Part shown: piece by piece, positions 1-9,945 of the stretch
Position numbering within the stretch: position 1 is the stretch's first letter
How the letters are laid out: each line of letters opens with the position of its first letter
Assembly (NCBI GenBank): GCA_048882325.1
Contig: JBHLRS010000009.1
Span: 32,001 to 96,000, forward strand
Reading direction: 5' to 3'
Length of the DNA: 64,000 nucleotides
From: Candidatus Thorarchaeota archaeon
GTDB lineage: Archaea; Asgardarchaeota; Thorarchaeia; Thorarchaeales; Thorarchaeaceae
Position numbers and translations under genes: made by a program
Notes under the pieces: generated by a model
Told to the model about the DNA's origin: nothing
What the model saw: only the letters and a program-made list of their open reading frames with translations
Databases searched by the model: none

Positions 1-432
1 CTGTTCTCCAAAGCATTCCAGTGAATAACCGACCCCTCTTGATGCCAACAGTGCTGCAATACGTGCGGATTCCAGTGGTGTGGGTTTGCCTCTGGAAATC
101 AGCCCGTGACGTTTTGCTAGTATCTTCAGAGGAGTTTGACGAGGTGGGACTCCAGTAACCTGTACGATTCTGGTTTCCGTTGGAATCCTATCAACAAGAT
201 GAAAGAGTGATTTTGTGTCAGGGACTATCTCGAAGATATTATCTGTACAGAGCCACTTGGGTTTGACTTCACGAACCAGTTTCAGTAATGCACCTCTGGA
301 TATCTCTGGATATTCATTCAGGACAATCTCATCTCTAGTAATCACACAAGCGAATTTTGGCGCTCTCTTTGAATTTGCACTGTATGAAGGAAGTATGTCA
401 AAACCTATGATGAATACACCATCGTCGCCCAT
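1..432 (-). CDS. DUF460-family protein (COG2433-like), N-terminal part; runs off the window
   Basis: Manual translation from ATG 432: MGDDGVFIIGFDILP...LCTDNIFE...IVQVTG...LESARIAALLASRGVG. Open to position 1; not in the ORF track. Confidence 0.7.
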   Translation of the reverse strand, partial: MGDDGVFIIGFDILPSYSANSKRAPKFACVITRDEIVLNEYPEISRGALLKLVREVKPKWLCTDNIFEIVPDTKSLFHLVDRIPTETRIVQVTGVPPRQTPLKILAKRHGLISRGKPTPLESARIAALLASRGVGYSLECFGEQ

Positions 433-574
433 TGCAGTACTACAAACTACATAGTGGTATTGAACCTATTTATTCTCTCAATATTGAACAAATGACGAAA
501 TTGGTCATCCTCAAACAACAACTATAATAAAGCCGGGTTTGAGCAACGACCAATACTCATTCGAGGTGTAACAA

Positions 575-856
575 CTGTCCGAAACACTTGAAATCAACAA
601 TGACGATGCAATTTTGCGAATTGGACGCGCCCTTTCATCAGGAACTCGGCTGAAAATTTTGAAGATTCTACTTCAGGGAGAGAAAGACGTAACACGAGTG
701 GCTAGACACCTCGGCGGGACCGAAGCTAATGCCAGTGCTCAGATTAAGATTTTGAAGGATGCTGATTTACTGGATTGTAGATACGAACCCGGTCAGCATG
801 GTCTCAAGAAAATATCATGGACCAAGATTAAACGCATCATCATTGACTTGGAATGA
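575..856 (+). CDS. ArsR-family winged-helix transcription regulator
   Basis: ALSSGTRLKILKIL...VARHLG..EANASAQIKIL. GAGGTG RBS at 563-568 points to an in-frame CTG at 575; the track starts at TTG 614. Confidence 0.8.
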   Translation: MSETLEINNDDAILRIGRALSSGTRLKILKILLQGEKDVTRVARHLGGTEANASAQIKILKDADLLDCRYEPGQHGLKKISWTKIKRIIIDLE

Positions 857-906
857 TTCTCTCTTCCAGATAAGATTGACAAACACTAGTCTGTTGGAGA
901 GCCGAA

Positions 907-1509
907 CTAAGCAGCTAAATGTGCTTTCCAACGGCGAATTCTTTTCAGTATATTATCACGTTCGTCAGGACGAATAGTTTTCTTTCCGCGAGCTTCAAGG
1001 AAGTTTAGAACTATATCCATATCTCTTCCTACCTTCCCCTTTTTGGATTCAGTATCATCATCAATAAGGTATTCTCTCGCAGCTTGTAGATATTCATAGA
1101 TTATCTCTGCGGGTGCTTCTCCTGTACGAAGCTCGTGTGCAATCGGATCAAGAACTCTATTCACTTTCGCACTGTTATTGGTTTCTGGATCTTCGGGTAC
1201 AGGTGTTTCAAAAGTAGGTTCATTTGGAGGTTTAGAATCGTCAATTTCTGAAGGTGGTGCTGGTGTTGCTTCTTGAGACTCTGAGTTTGGTGTCTTTATT
1301 TCAGAGAAGAGTGGGAGAATTGATGGAGATGTTTCTGACGCTGTACTGGAAACAAGGTTTAGACGGCTGCGTAGTTCACGGAGTTGGTCAAAAAGCTCTA
1401 CAAGACCAGATTGCATTGAATCAATCAGTTGTTTAATCTCGTTTAGGTCGTCTTCAGTCAATTGATAGGTAACCCCGATTGTTTTTGTCGTATCCGAGAG
1501 AAACTCCAT
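907..1509 (-). CDS. hypothetical protein (coiled coil, Pro/Glu-rich linker, helical C-terminal domain)
   Basis: 200-aa ORF co-oriented directly after herA. Confidence 0.7.
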   Translation of the reverse strand: MEFLSDTTKTIGVTYQLTEDDLNEIKQLIDSMQSGLVELFDQLRELRSRLNLVSSTASETSPSILPLFSEIKTPNSESQEATPAPPSEIDDSKPPNEPTFETPVPEDPETNNSAKVNRVLDPIAHELRTGEAPAEIIYEYLQAAREYLIDDDTESKKGKVGRDMDIVLNFLEARGKKTIRPDERDNILKRIRRWKAHLAA

Positions 1510-1542
1510 TCTTTCATCTTATCAGGATTGTGGGGAGGGACA

Positions 1543-3057
1543 CTATTTGTCAGATTTCTTCACAGCATCGGACAGGCTTTTGATTATACCAGTTGGTTCA
1601 AATTTCCGCTGACGTATTTTGACAAATGTGGGAACTGCTACCGTTTCGCCAACAAAAAGCGATTCACCAATTTCAAGAGTAGTGATCGAGTCCAATGAAG
1701 AGCGATCGATACCCTCACTTGACTTACCAATATGGTCCAGATCGTATGGATTTGTGCATCTGAAGATGGCTTGATTGCTACATTGACTTAGAACTGTCGT
1801 GGAGAGTTTCACCGGTCTTTGAGAGATTAAGCAGAGAAGTGCGTAGAACTTTCTACCTTCTCGTGCAATTGTTTCAATACGACTCTTTGGTAAGGCGAGC
1901 TCGTGTCGGCTCTCAGGACAAAACTGGTGAGCCTCCTCAAGAACTAGTAAGAACGGTGGAATCTGCTCACGTCGCCTTAGATGGAGAAGTTCACTAGCCA
2001 AGTGGGAAACGATGATTTGCTTCTTCTTAAGACTAATAAAATCGCTTAGGTCAATCAAGGTGATTTTCCCTGGCCTCACTACTGTATTGATGTTTGGAAC
2101 AGCCTCTTTCCCGAAAAGTCCGGTTTCATCAAGATTGATCAACCAGCCAGAAAGTGCCTCACGTGTGTTCTTGCTGATTTTTTCATCACTCTGGACATAC
2201 TCTACAACATCTGCTAACGTGTATCCCTCTCTCAGTGAGCTCTTCATCTCTGACACAACTCTGCGCAAGTCTCTGACTTGAATTGAACTCATGTCTGATA
2301 CAAGAGACCCTATCGCTTCTGCAGAAAGCGTTTGGACAGGTATCTGAAAATGTGAACCTCTGATATGCTCAATCTCAAATTGTCCTTTCGGTAATCCAAG
2401 GGCTTCAGGAGTGATATCCTGCAGATATGTGTATTCACCATGTACATCTACGACAACCACCGAAAGTCGACCTCTTTCCTTAAGCCGGGAGAGTAGCTCC
2501 TCCAGAAGAACTGACACAAAATAGGACTTGCCAGCACCGCTCATTGCTAGTATTGCTAGATGTTTGGAAAGTAAACGGTCAAGTGATGGGGCAAACTCCA
2601 GATTTTGATATGCTAACCGACCAAGATGAAGACCTTTTTCCAAGTCTAGTTTCAGAAAGGAGGCAAGAATATCTTCGTCAACTCTTCTAACAACAGCTCC
2701 TGGAGACACTGCAAAGTACGGTCGAACGGTTCGACCTTCACTCCATAGACCCAAAACCCTTGCCATAGCAATTGTGTACTGCCATCGGTCTGTTGGAAAG
2801 ATCGATCGCAGTGGTTCGCCCCTTGATTGGTATTCGCGAACTGCTTCTGCATGTTGGTAATATCGGTTTGTACGTATTAAATCTTGAACCCTCGCTATCA
2901 CTGTACCTGCATCAGTGACAACTGAAATGAATTCCCCACGGCGTGCAACAATTTCTTTAGGTCCACCTTCGAGCACAAATGAAAATTCCATTACACTTGG
3001 ACCAGCATCAGTTGAAACAACGGTTCCAAGTCGTGTGGTTGATGAAAATTCAGCCAT
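1543..3057 (-). CDS. herA: HerA DNA end-resection ATPase
   Basis: N-terminal HAS barrel; AMSGAGKS, DVHGEY, LEEAH, REGRKF; adjacent to nurA. Confidence 0.92.
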   Translation of the reverse strand: MAEFSSTTRLGTVVSTDAGPSVMEFSFVLEGGPKEIVARRGEFISVVTDAGTVIARVQDLIRTNRYYQHAEAVREYQSRGEPLRSIFPTDRWQYTIAMARVLGLWSEGRTVRPYFAVSPGAVVRRVDEDILASFLKLDLEKGLHLGRLAYQNLEFAPSLDRLLSKHLAILAMSGAGKSYFVSVLLEELLSRLKERGRLSVVVVDVHGEYTYLQDITPEALGLPKGQFEIEHIRGSHFQIPVQTLSAEAIGSLVSDMSSIQVRDLRRVVSEMKSSLREGYTLADVVEYVQSDEKISKNTREALSGWLINLDETGLFGKEAVPNINTVVRPGKITLIDLSDFISLKKKQIIVSHLASELLHLRRREQIPPFLLVLEEAHQFCPESRHELALPKSRIETIAREGRKFYALLCLISQRPVKLSTTVLSQCSNQAIFRCTNPYDLDHIGKSSEGIDRSSLDSITTLEIGESLFVGETVAVPTFVKIRQRKFEPTGIIKSLSDAVKKSDK

Positions 3058-3060
3058 TTG

Positions 3061-4224
3061 TTAGCCTCCAAAAGGATTTCTTGAACGTCTTTTCTCAAGT
3101 GTCAAATAGGTGAGCCCAGATAAAGCCATGAGACGGTCGATGATTAATCGTGTTTCATTGGTAGTAATCTTTGCCCTTGCATCAGCCTCAAGAATTGGAG
3201 TAGGCACTCCGTACTCAGGATGCTGTGAAGCTAAGGGGAGTATCGCAGAAAGAGCTTTATCCAGTTTGTCTGTGACTGCATCATCGTCCTCAGCTGAAAG
3301 ATACTCCACTCTTATTGGTAAATCATCTCTTGCAGTCTTCAGATATGTGACCCAGATTGATGATGCCCAGGCAGACAAATCATCACTCGGAGAATTTGTA
3401 TTAAGAACAAGCTCTGATGAGTATCGAAATGCAAAGGACCTTTCTCCTTCCTCCAAGAATGTATCAAGGAGATCACAGTCTCGAGATATTTTGAGTAACC
3501 ATCTATAGTCAACTCCTTGCATCATTTCGAAGATTTCTGGTTTTCGAACAATGTGAGGAAGAATTTCACCCATTATCGTAGCTACACGTGTTGATCTACT
3601 ATCTTTGACAATACCGATCAACGTTGTACCTTTCTTCCGGGCTTTGTGATAGAGTTGTTTGTAAAGAGATAGAACCTCTTGGAATTTCTCATATACAATA
3701 GAACCGGTTTGGGGACGGTCTCGAGGGTGATAGAATAAGGATCCATCCAATAGTATCAAATCCGTGTGATACTCTTCAAGAACTGATAGTGTGACTCTGA
3801 GTTCTGCTGCAATTCGTTCTAGTGATGCAAACTGGTCCAATTCAATACTAGACAATGTTAACATTAGTGGACTTATTTTTGGTTCAGGAAATGCATCAGG
3901 ATAGAAATCAACAATTGGACCATCTTCTGGTCCAAATTGGAAAATAACAGCAACCCCCCGCGTCAAGACCAAGTCCATCGATCTAAATCGTTTTCTGACC
4001 AAACCCCCATCAATCCCCGCAATTCTGAGACCTGATAGATTTGTAGGTTCTATCTTCGTGTAGAACTGTTTGTCAACAATATTCGACGCAACCGCTGGGA
4101 ATTTGCCTAGGTCAATTTTACTTCTGACATTTCTGAGGACATCGCCAAAGCGTTCTCTTGTCACCTCGATATGCTCAATCTCCTCAACCAATTTTGATAG
4201 TAACTTATCGAGGTTTCTTTCCAC
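3061..4224 (-). CDS. nurA: NurA 5'-3' nuclease
   Basis: GIDGG, LLDGSL, GIVKDS, YGVPTPILEADARAK motifs. Confidence 0.9.
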   Translation of the reverse strand: MERNLDKLLSKLVEEIEHIEVTRERFGDVLRNVRSKIDLGKFPAVASNIVDKQFYTKIEPTNLSGLRIAGIDGGLVRKRFRSMDLVLTRGVAVIFQFGPEDGPIVDFYPDAFPEPKISPLMLTLSSIELDQFASLERIAAELRVTLSVLEEYHTDLILLDGSLFYHPRDRPQTGSIVYEKFQEVLSLYKQLYHKARKKGTTLIGIVKDSRSTRVATIMGEILPHIVRKPEIFEMMQGVDYRWLLKISRDCDLLDTFLEEGERSFAFRYSSELVLNTNSPSDDLSAWASSIWVTYLKTARDDLPIRVEYLSAEDDDAVTDKLDKALSAILPLASQHPEYGVPTPILEADARAKITTNETRLIIDRLMALSGLTYLTLEKRRSRNPFGG

Positions 4225-5906
4225 TACTTCTTCACTCTCACCTTTCTGTATTCCAGAGCAGCCTTAATTAATCCCAAGTAGAGTGGATGGGGCTTGTCGG
4301 GACGAGACTTGAACTCCGGGTGGTATTGTACTCCAATCCAGAAGGGGTGGTCGACCAGCTCAATTGCGTTGATGATTCGACCAGTTGAGTCGAAAGCAGA
4401 AACTCGTAGACCCTGTTCATCCATTTTATTCAAATACCGATCAATCAGGTGATACCTGTGACGAAATCTCTCATGTACCTTGTCGGTACCATAGAGTTTG
4501 TGTAAACGAGTGCCTTCAACAATGTGAACATCATGGCCACCAAGACGCATTGTTCCACCCTTATCATCAATGCTTTTCTGTTCATCCAACAAGTCAACCA
4601 CAGGATAAAGGCTGTCAATATCTACCTCTGTGGTATGAGCTCCTTTCCAATCCATCACGTTCCTAGCAAATGCTATTGTAGAGAGCTGAGCACCATAACA
4701 AATGCCTAGGAGTGGTATCTTTGAAGTTAATGCAACAGAAGCAGCACATATCATTCCTTCGACACCACGTTCTCCAAAACCAGGAGTTAGAAGAACACCA
4801 TCTACTTCTGACAAATCTTCATTAAGAAACTCCTCAGTGCATCGTTCTTCAGTTTCAACCCATCGTATCTCAATCTTAGCACCGCATGCAGCTGCTGCAT
4901 GAACTAAAGCTTGGTTGATGCTCTTATACGAATCTCCAAGTGTCGTGTATTTGCCTGGCATTGCAATTACGACAGATTCCGTAGCAGTTTGATAGGACTC
5001 TACCATTTTGGACCAGGTTTCGGTGTTGGGTGTCTGTGATTTCATCCCGAAGTGTTCAACGAGAATGTTTCCAAGACCTTCCTCCTCGAATAAGAGTGGG
5101 AGTTGGTAAATCACAGGAATATCTGGGTTTGAAATAACCCTCTCTGTGGGAATGTTACAGAATAAGGCTATCTTCTCCTTTGCAGCGTCTGGAAGTTTGC
5201 TCTCTGCTCTGCAGATTGTTACATCTGGCTGGAGTCCTAAACTCTGAAGTGTTCTGACACTGTGCTGTGTTGGTTTGGTCTTGAACTCTCCAACTGATTT
5301 TATGTAAGGTACAAGAGTGACATGTACAACAGCGGTACGAGACCTCCCCAACTCGCGTACAATCTGTCGCACAGCCTCGAGAAATGGCATTGCCTCAATA
5401 TCGCCTACCGTACCACCTATTTCTACAAGAAGAACATCAGGAATGGGTTCTTTTTCTATAACATCCCATATTCTTTGTTTTATTCTCTCAGTAATGTGAG
5501 GAATGATTTGAACTGTCCGCCCAAGAAAGCCACCTTTTCGTTCCTCCAGAATCACTGAGATGTAAATTTGCCCTGATGTGATATTCTGAGAGGGGTGTAC
5601 CTCCATTCCAGTAAATCGTTCATAGGTTCCAAAGTCCAAGTCAATCTCTGAGATTGTAAATTCAAAACCTTCGACCGGTTGAAATGTCCAAGTCTGATCT
5701 GTCACAAAGACCTCTCCATGTTCTATTGGATTCAGAGTACCAGGGTCAATGTTCAGATATGGGTCAATCTTGATTATTCGAATACTATATCCTCTGAACT
5801 GAAACAGTTTTGCAATAGATGCAGTGGTGACTCCCTTTCCAATACCTGAGAGAACTCCACCTGTAATGAACACAAAATTTGGTCTTTCTCGCATAGAATC
5901 CAACAT
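4224..5906 (-). CDS. pyrG: CTP synthase
   Basis: TGGVLSGIGKG, KIDPYLN, KTKPTQHSV; glutaminase GICYG and QYHPE. Confidence 0.97.
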   Translation of the reverse strand: MLDSMRERPNFVFITGGVLSGIGKGVTTASIAKLFQFRGYSIRIIKIDPYLNIDPGTLNPIEHGEVFVTDQTWTFQPVEGFEFTISEIDLDFGTYERFTGMEVHPSQNITSGQIYISVILEERKGGFLGRTVQIIPHITERIKQRIWDVIEKEPIPDVLLVEIGGTVGDIEAMPFLEAVRQIVRELGRSRTAVVHVTLVPYIKSVGEFKTKPTQHSVRTLQSLGLQPDVTICRAESKLPDAAKEKIALFCNIPTERVISNPDIPVIYQLPLLFEEEGLGNILVEHFGMKSQTPNTETWSKMVESYQTATESVVIAMPGKYTTLGDSYKSINQALVHAAAACGAKIEIRWVETEERCTEEFLNEDLSEVDGVLLTPGFGERGVEGMICAASVALTSKIPLLGICYGAQLSTIAFARNVMDWKGAHTTEVDIDSLYPVVDLLDEQKSIDDKGGTMRLGGHDVHIVEGTRLHKLYGTDKVHERFRHRYHLIDRYLNKMDEQGLRVSAFDSTGRIINAIELVDHPFWIGVQYHPEFKSRPDKPHPLYLGLIKAALEYRKVRVKK

Positions 5907-5957
5907 AAGTGACCTCAGAAATAGTTTTGGGACAGTACCTATTGCCTAGGTCTAATT

Positions 5958-5988
5958 ATGTGACTGCGGTCACATCGGGTCGTATAAA
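5958..5988 (-). promoter_or_regulatory. pyrG promoter: TATA-like TTTATAC with a downstream palindrome
   Basis: ATGTGAC-TGCG-GTCACAT at 5958-5975; TTTATAC on the minus strand at 5988-5982. Confidence 0.4.
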
Positions 5989-6026
5989 TGGTTTGCCAGA
6001 TGTTTCTGTGATTGAGCATTTCGCGC

Positions 6027-6608
6027 TCATGAAACTGGTTGAGCAAGTATACTTGCACGCATAGCACTCTGAAAGAGATACTGAAATGCTTCCATAATGT
6101 TATGACCCTCTCTAGCGACGCTCCTGAAGACAGGCACAGATGATGGAATTCTCAAGTGTGACCTAAGCTGTTCTTCTTGTATGGCACTTGGGAGATCTTG
6201 TTTGTTGAGACACACGATTAACGGCAGAGGTCGCTCCTCCTCTTCAATCATTGACATTAACTCATTCCAACTTGCCAGATTTTCATCAAGGAGATGTTCT
6301 TGAGAGTCTGCAACAAAAATCACTCCATCGGCCCCGACCAGCACGACTTCACGTGTAGACCTATAGAAGTCTTGACCTGTGGCAGACCAAACATGTGCAT
6401 TGATTGTCCAACTATTACTCAGTGAAAAAGGAATAGTGCCAAAATCACAAAACATTGTTCTTCCAACAGTGTTCTCAATTGATGTCAGTTTCTCAGCATA
6501 GTCTAATGAAGAAAACAGCCAACGAATCGAGGTTGTTTTTCCACTCATTGCAGGTCCAAAGAAGACTATCTTGAGTCCCACCGTACGATTGCCATAGTCG
6601 ATTATCAC
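6027..6608 (-). CDS. MglA-type small GTPase
   Basis: G1 GPAMSGKTT; switch I RTMFCDF (MglA-like Arg); G3 ATGQ without Asp; GADGVIFVADSQ; G4 NKQD. Confidence 0.88.
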   Translation of the reverse strand: MIIDYGNRTVGLKIVFFGPAMSGKTTSIRWLFSSLDYAEKLTSIENTVGRTMFCDFGTIPFSLSNSWTINAHVWSATGQDFYRSTREVVLVGADGVIFVADSQEHLLDENLASWNELMSMIEEEERPLPLIVCLNKQDLPSAIQEEQLRSHLRIPSSVPVFRSVAREGHNIMEAFQYLFQSAMRASILAQPVS

Positions 6609-6623
6609 TTATCTGACCCCCAG

Positions 6624-7544
6624 TCATGTTCCCCACATGCTGTCTACCCACGCTCCGAGTCCCGACAAAGCTCCGCTTTTTACACAATCAGAGAAATCTT
6701 CATGCCATTCAGCTCTTATGAATTGAATCAAATCAGGAAGCTCTCCTCCATCCCATCCAATGGCTTCATAGAGGTTTCTCTCTGTCAATGTTGTGGATGC
6801 GCCAAGTTCCCTAGCTAGACGAATTCTTGACAATAGAGTGACTGCTCTACGGGCTGCATGAACATAGTTGTTTATCTCTTCTTCAAACACATCTTGTGTG
6901 AGTTTCTCTGACTCGTCATCTAGTTTCAGAACAGCATTGAGAATGTGCTCTGAAACTTTGAGTCCACGAAGTGACTTAGTGAGGAGTCGTCTGATACGTT
7001 CTAGAGATTGTTTCTTTCTCACCAGGATCTTGTTCACAATTTTCTTCTCAACCTCAAGACTGCTATTTGATGGTCTAACAAGTGAGAAAGTAATGGATGA
7101 TGGTGAACTCACTCTTAATATTCCACAGTTGCCTGAATTTTTGAGAATATGAGCGGTTACATCTTGGAGCGTACTTTCAGTTACTTGTACACCTAGCACT
7201 GTGAAACCGAGAGGTACAGCAAGGATCCAACCTGCAAAGTGTGAGATTCTATCCATTGCTAGTCGAAGATTCCCTGAGAGACCACAAACAATAGTCCTAC
7301 TCACCTCATAGTTGTGTTTTTCCTCCTCCCATACTGCGAGAATCTCGGATTCGGAAGTGAAATCACGCCAGAACACAAGTTTGTGTCGATGAGGACAGAG
7401 AGTAGTCAGACTCTCTGTGATATCATCTACTAGTTCGATATCCTCACCTGCGACAATCACTGGCATCCGTTCCAGTAATGCATTCAATAGAAGAGGAAAT
7501 TGGTCGCCCATCAACTCGATTAATTTCATGATTGAGTATGTCAT
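6624..7544 (-). CDS. hypothetical protein with a probable cDENN (folliculin/SMCR8-like) domain
   Basis: FPLLLNALLERMPVIVAGEDIELVDDITESLTTLCP resembles the start of the cDENN core; lies between Roadblock and GTPase genes. Confidence 0.55.
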   Translation of the reverse strand: MTYSIMKLIELMGDQFPLLLNALLERMPVIVAGEDIELVDDITESLTTLCPHRHKLVFWRDFTSESEILAVWEEEKHNYEVSRTIVCGLSGNLRLAMDRISHFAGWILAVPLGFTVLGVQVTESTLQDVTAHILKNSGNCGILRVSSPSSITFSLVRPSNSSLEVEKKIVNKILVRKKQSLERIRRLLTKSLRGLKVSEHILNAVLKLDDESEKLTQDVFEEEINNYVHAARRAVTLLSRIRLARELGASTTLTERNLYEAIGWDGGELPDLIQFIRAEWHEDFSDCVKSGALSGLGAWVDSMWGT

Positions 7545-8488
7545 GGTTCTCTCCTCGTTAACATTAAGCCACCATCAGAACCTCCTGACAGCAGCAGCTC
7601 TTTCAGATCATCTGGAACTGCGGGTTTCACTGCAGAAGCGGCAGCTAAAACTCTTCGTATCTCCTCAATGTAGTGTTTCAGTAACAGTCTCATCAAACCG
7701 AGTTTCTGGCTATCTTTATCCACCCACAGGCTAAACACGCCATTTGGAACAGCATAGATGAAATGGCGAGTTTCAGCTGTTTCACAGAGAACGGTCTGTA
7801 ATGAGCTGTTCCGGAGTGTTCGTACTACTCGTTCTGACGCATCATGAAGTGCAAAAGACATTGCAGCCAATCGGTCGTTAGTAAACCCTTCTAATGAAAC
7901 TCGGACTCCACCACTTAATGAAAGAAACACGGATCCAATATTAGGAATGCAGTCATGTACTTGGCGTAAAAGAGCTCTGAGACTAAGTGCTTGTGAGCGA
8001 TCAAGGGAAATCATGGAGCGTGATACACCATAACTTGTATCACGACCCTCTGCCACAGCAAACCCTTGAAGTACTTTCTGAGTTTCGTCGATACTATAAG
8101 AACGGAGTGGAGGTAATCTTCCGTCTACATGTTCTCTCAGAAGAAAAGAAAGTCTAGATAGATTATCCTTCATCTCAATAAATAATGCAGCTAGATTAAC
8201 TCTGGGTGCTGTTGTTACTGTCAGAAAATAGTCTGGATCATTTGGCAACGAAGCAAGAAAGACCTTCGATGTATCAGACTCCATCAGTAGATAATTGAAA
8301 TCACCATGTATGAGTTTAGCCACTCCGAAGATTGCACAGGTCGATGATGCCACAGCAAAGACTTCATCCTTGCTGAACCATACTCCTGCGCTTGCAACGG
8401 GGAGTCCATCTTTTTGGATTAAAACGACATTCTCAACACCGGTGATGGCTTTTATGTTCTGGAGAGTTTCAGTCAATTCGTCGCTCAA
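7541..8488 (-). CDS. tandem Roadblock/LC7 (MglB-like) protein
   Basis: GVENVVLIQKDGLPVAS...FAVASS, and a second repeat IGSVFLSLSGG...RLAAMSFAL. Confidence 0.85.
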   Translation of the reverse strand: MSDELTETLQNIKAITGVENVVLIQKDGLPVASAGVWFSKDEVFAVASSTCAIFGVAKLIHGDFNYLLMESDTSKVFLASLPNDPDYFLTVTTAPRVNLAALFIEMKDNLSRLSFLLREHVDGRLPPLRSYSIDETQKVLQGFAVAEGRDTSYGVSRSMISLDRSQALSLRALLRQVHDCIPNIGSVFLSLSGGVRVSLEGFTNDRLAAMSFALHDASERVVRTLRNSSLQTVLCETAETRHFIYAVPNGVFSLWVDKDSQKLGLMRLLLKHYIEEIRRVLAAASAVKPAVPDDLKELLLSGGSDGGLMLTRREP

Positions 8489-8623
8489 GTCCTCAGCTCC
8501 GGACGGAAAGTTGGGTTCAACTTAGAATCCTTCTCGCGACTATATAACCACCACACAGAATTGAAAATCAAACACTTTCTCTTTGCAAGTTCTTTAAGAT
8601 CGTGTATATGGACTGGAGCTTTA

Positions 8624-9919
8624 TTACATGTGTATCAAAGCTGCGTCAGGAACCTCCTGAAAGACCTCTCGTGCAGCTCGTCCCACTTTGGTTCGATTCT
8701 TTTCAATAGTGTATACACGAATGACATCAAGGTATGTCTTCATCATTTCTGCAATATTAGAGTATTCAGAGAGATTGTGAGGTACTCGTTTCCCATCAAC
8801 CATCTCAAAGATTCCTATTTCCATCGGATCAAGTTGGTGCGGATTATAAGGAACTGATGGCAGTGTTGGAACATCAACTATCACCTCTTCATGACTGACT
8901 CCAGCAAGAGCTGCAATTTCATCTTGTATACTCTCACGAACCTTGCTTTTGGTGAGGATTTTGGAAACAAATCGATCTTGTGTATGAAGGACCTTTTCAA
9001 ATACAGATTTGTAGAGAACACGTGAATCAAGAAGAGTAATCATCCGTATCGCCTCTTTAGCTTCCTCCGATTCGGTTGGATCAATGTTTCGAATTCTAGA
9101 TATGAGAAACATGTCATCCAGCTTCATGAATTCTTCAGGTGATGAGAAACTGGTAAGTTCCAGCACCTTGTCTGCTGCCTCAATCAACTTGACAAGCATC
9201 ACTTCGACACTACGTACGGTTTTATGATAATAGACATTGAGAAACATCTCGTACCGTGCAACAAGAAATGACTCTAATGCCCCTCTTGCGGCTATGTCAA
9301 ATTGCATCTCAAAGTCCTTTGATATTTCGATACTATCAATCAAGCGATGGATATCGACGAGTCCATAATTAACACCACAATAGAACGAATCCCGAATCAG
9401 ATAATCCATCTTGTCGGAATCTATCTGTCCAGCGACAATTCCAGCTATGATTTTGTCCTTCTTGGTCTTTTGTCGACCACGAACCAGGTCACCAATTCGT
9501 TTCTTTGAGATTCCATCATCTTCCAAAATATCACCTAGTTCACTCTTGAGGATTATCCACTCTGTCACATCTTCATGGTTCATTCGTCGTTTTTCAAGAA
9601 GCACTTCTTCAAAGACATGGCTGAAGGGCCCATGACCAATATCGTGAAGAAGACCAGCGATTCTTACTTCTTGCAGTTTTTTATCTCCAAGACCCATTTG
9701 ACTCAAAAGCCTTCGACCACTTAGTCCTGCTAAATACATGACCCCAACACAGTGACTAAAGCGTGTATGTTCAGCTGTAGGATAGACAAAGTGACCACCT
9801 GAAAGCTGTTTGATTCTTCGTAATCTTTGATATGGTTGTGAGTTGATGATTTTAGATTCAATTTCAGTTATACCTATGAAACCGTGAATTGGGTCATTTA
9901 TCTCTATAGCAAATTCCAT
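8624..9919 (-). CDS. HD-domain phosphohydrolase (SAMHD1/dNTPase-like)
   Basis: INDPIHG, QRLRRIKQL, HTRFSH, LLHDIGHGPFSH, DKMDYL; start refined to ATG 9919. Confidence 0.9.
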   Translation of the reverse strand: MEFAIEINDPIHGFIGITEIESKIINSQPYQRLRRIKQLSGGHFVYPTAEHTRFSHCVGVMYLAGLSGRRLLSQMGLGDKKLQEVRIAGLLHDIGHGPFSHVFEEVLLEKRRMNHEDVTEWIILKSELGDILEDDGISKKRIGDLVRGRQKTKKDKIIAGIVAGQIDSDKMDYLIRDSFYCGVNYGLVDIHRLIDSIEISKDFEMQFDIAARGALESFLVARYEMFLNVYYHKTVRSVEVMLVKLIEAADKVLELTSFSSPEEFMKLDDMFLISRIRNIDPTESEEAKEAIRMITLLDSRVLYKSVFEKVLHTQDRFVSKILTKSKVRESIQDEIAALAGVSHEEVIVDVPTLPSVPYNPHQLDPMEIGIFEMVDGKRVPHNLSEYSNIAEMMKTYLDVIRVYTIEKNRTKVGRAAREVFQEVPDAALIHM

Positions 9920-9945
9920 TGTTTGCTCACCATCTTGGAAGATTG

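Noticed and set aside
215-454. Short ORFs antisense to or nested in confident genes (this one, 14264-14512, 19442-19645, 21482-21857, 44390-44599 and others)
   Set aside because: Shadow frames of real genes, tRNAs or regulatory DNA with no recognisable motifs
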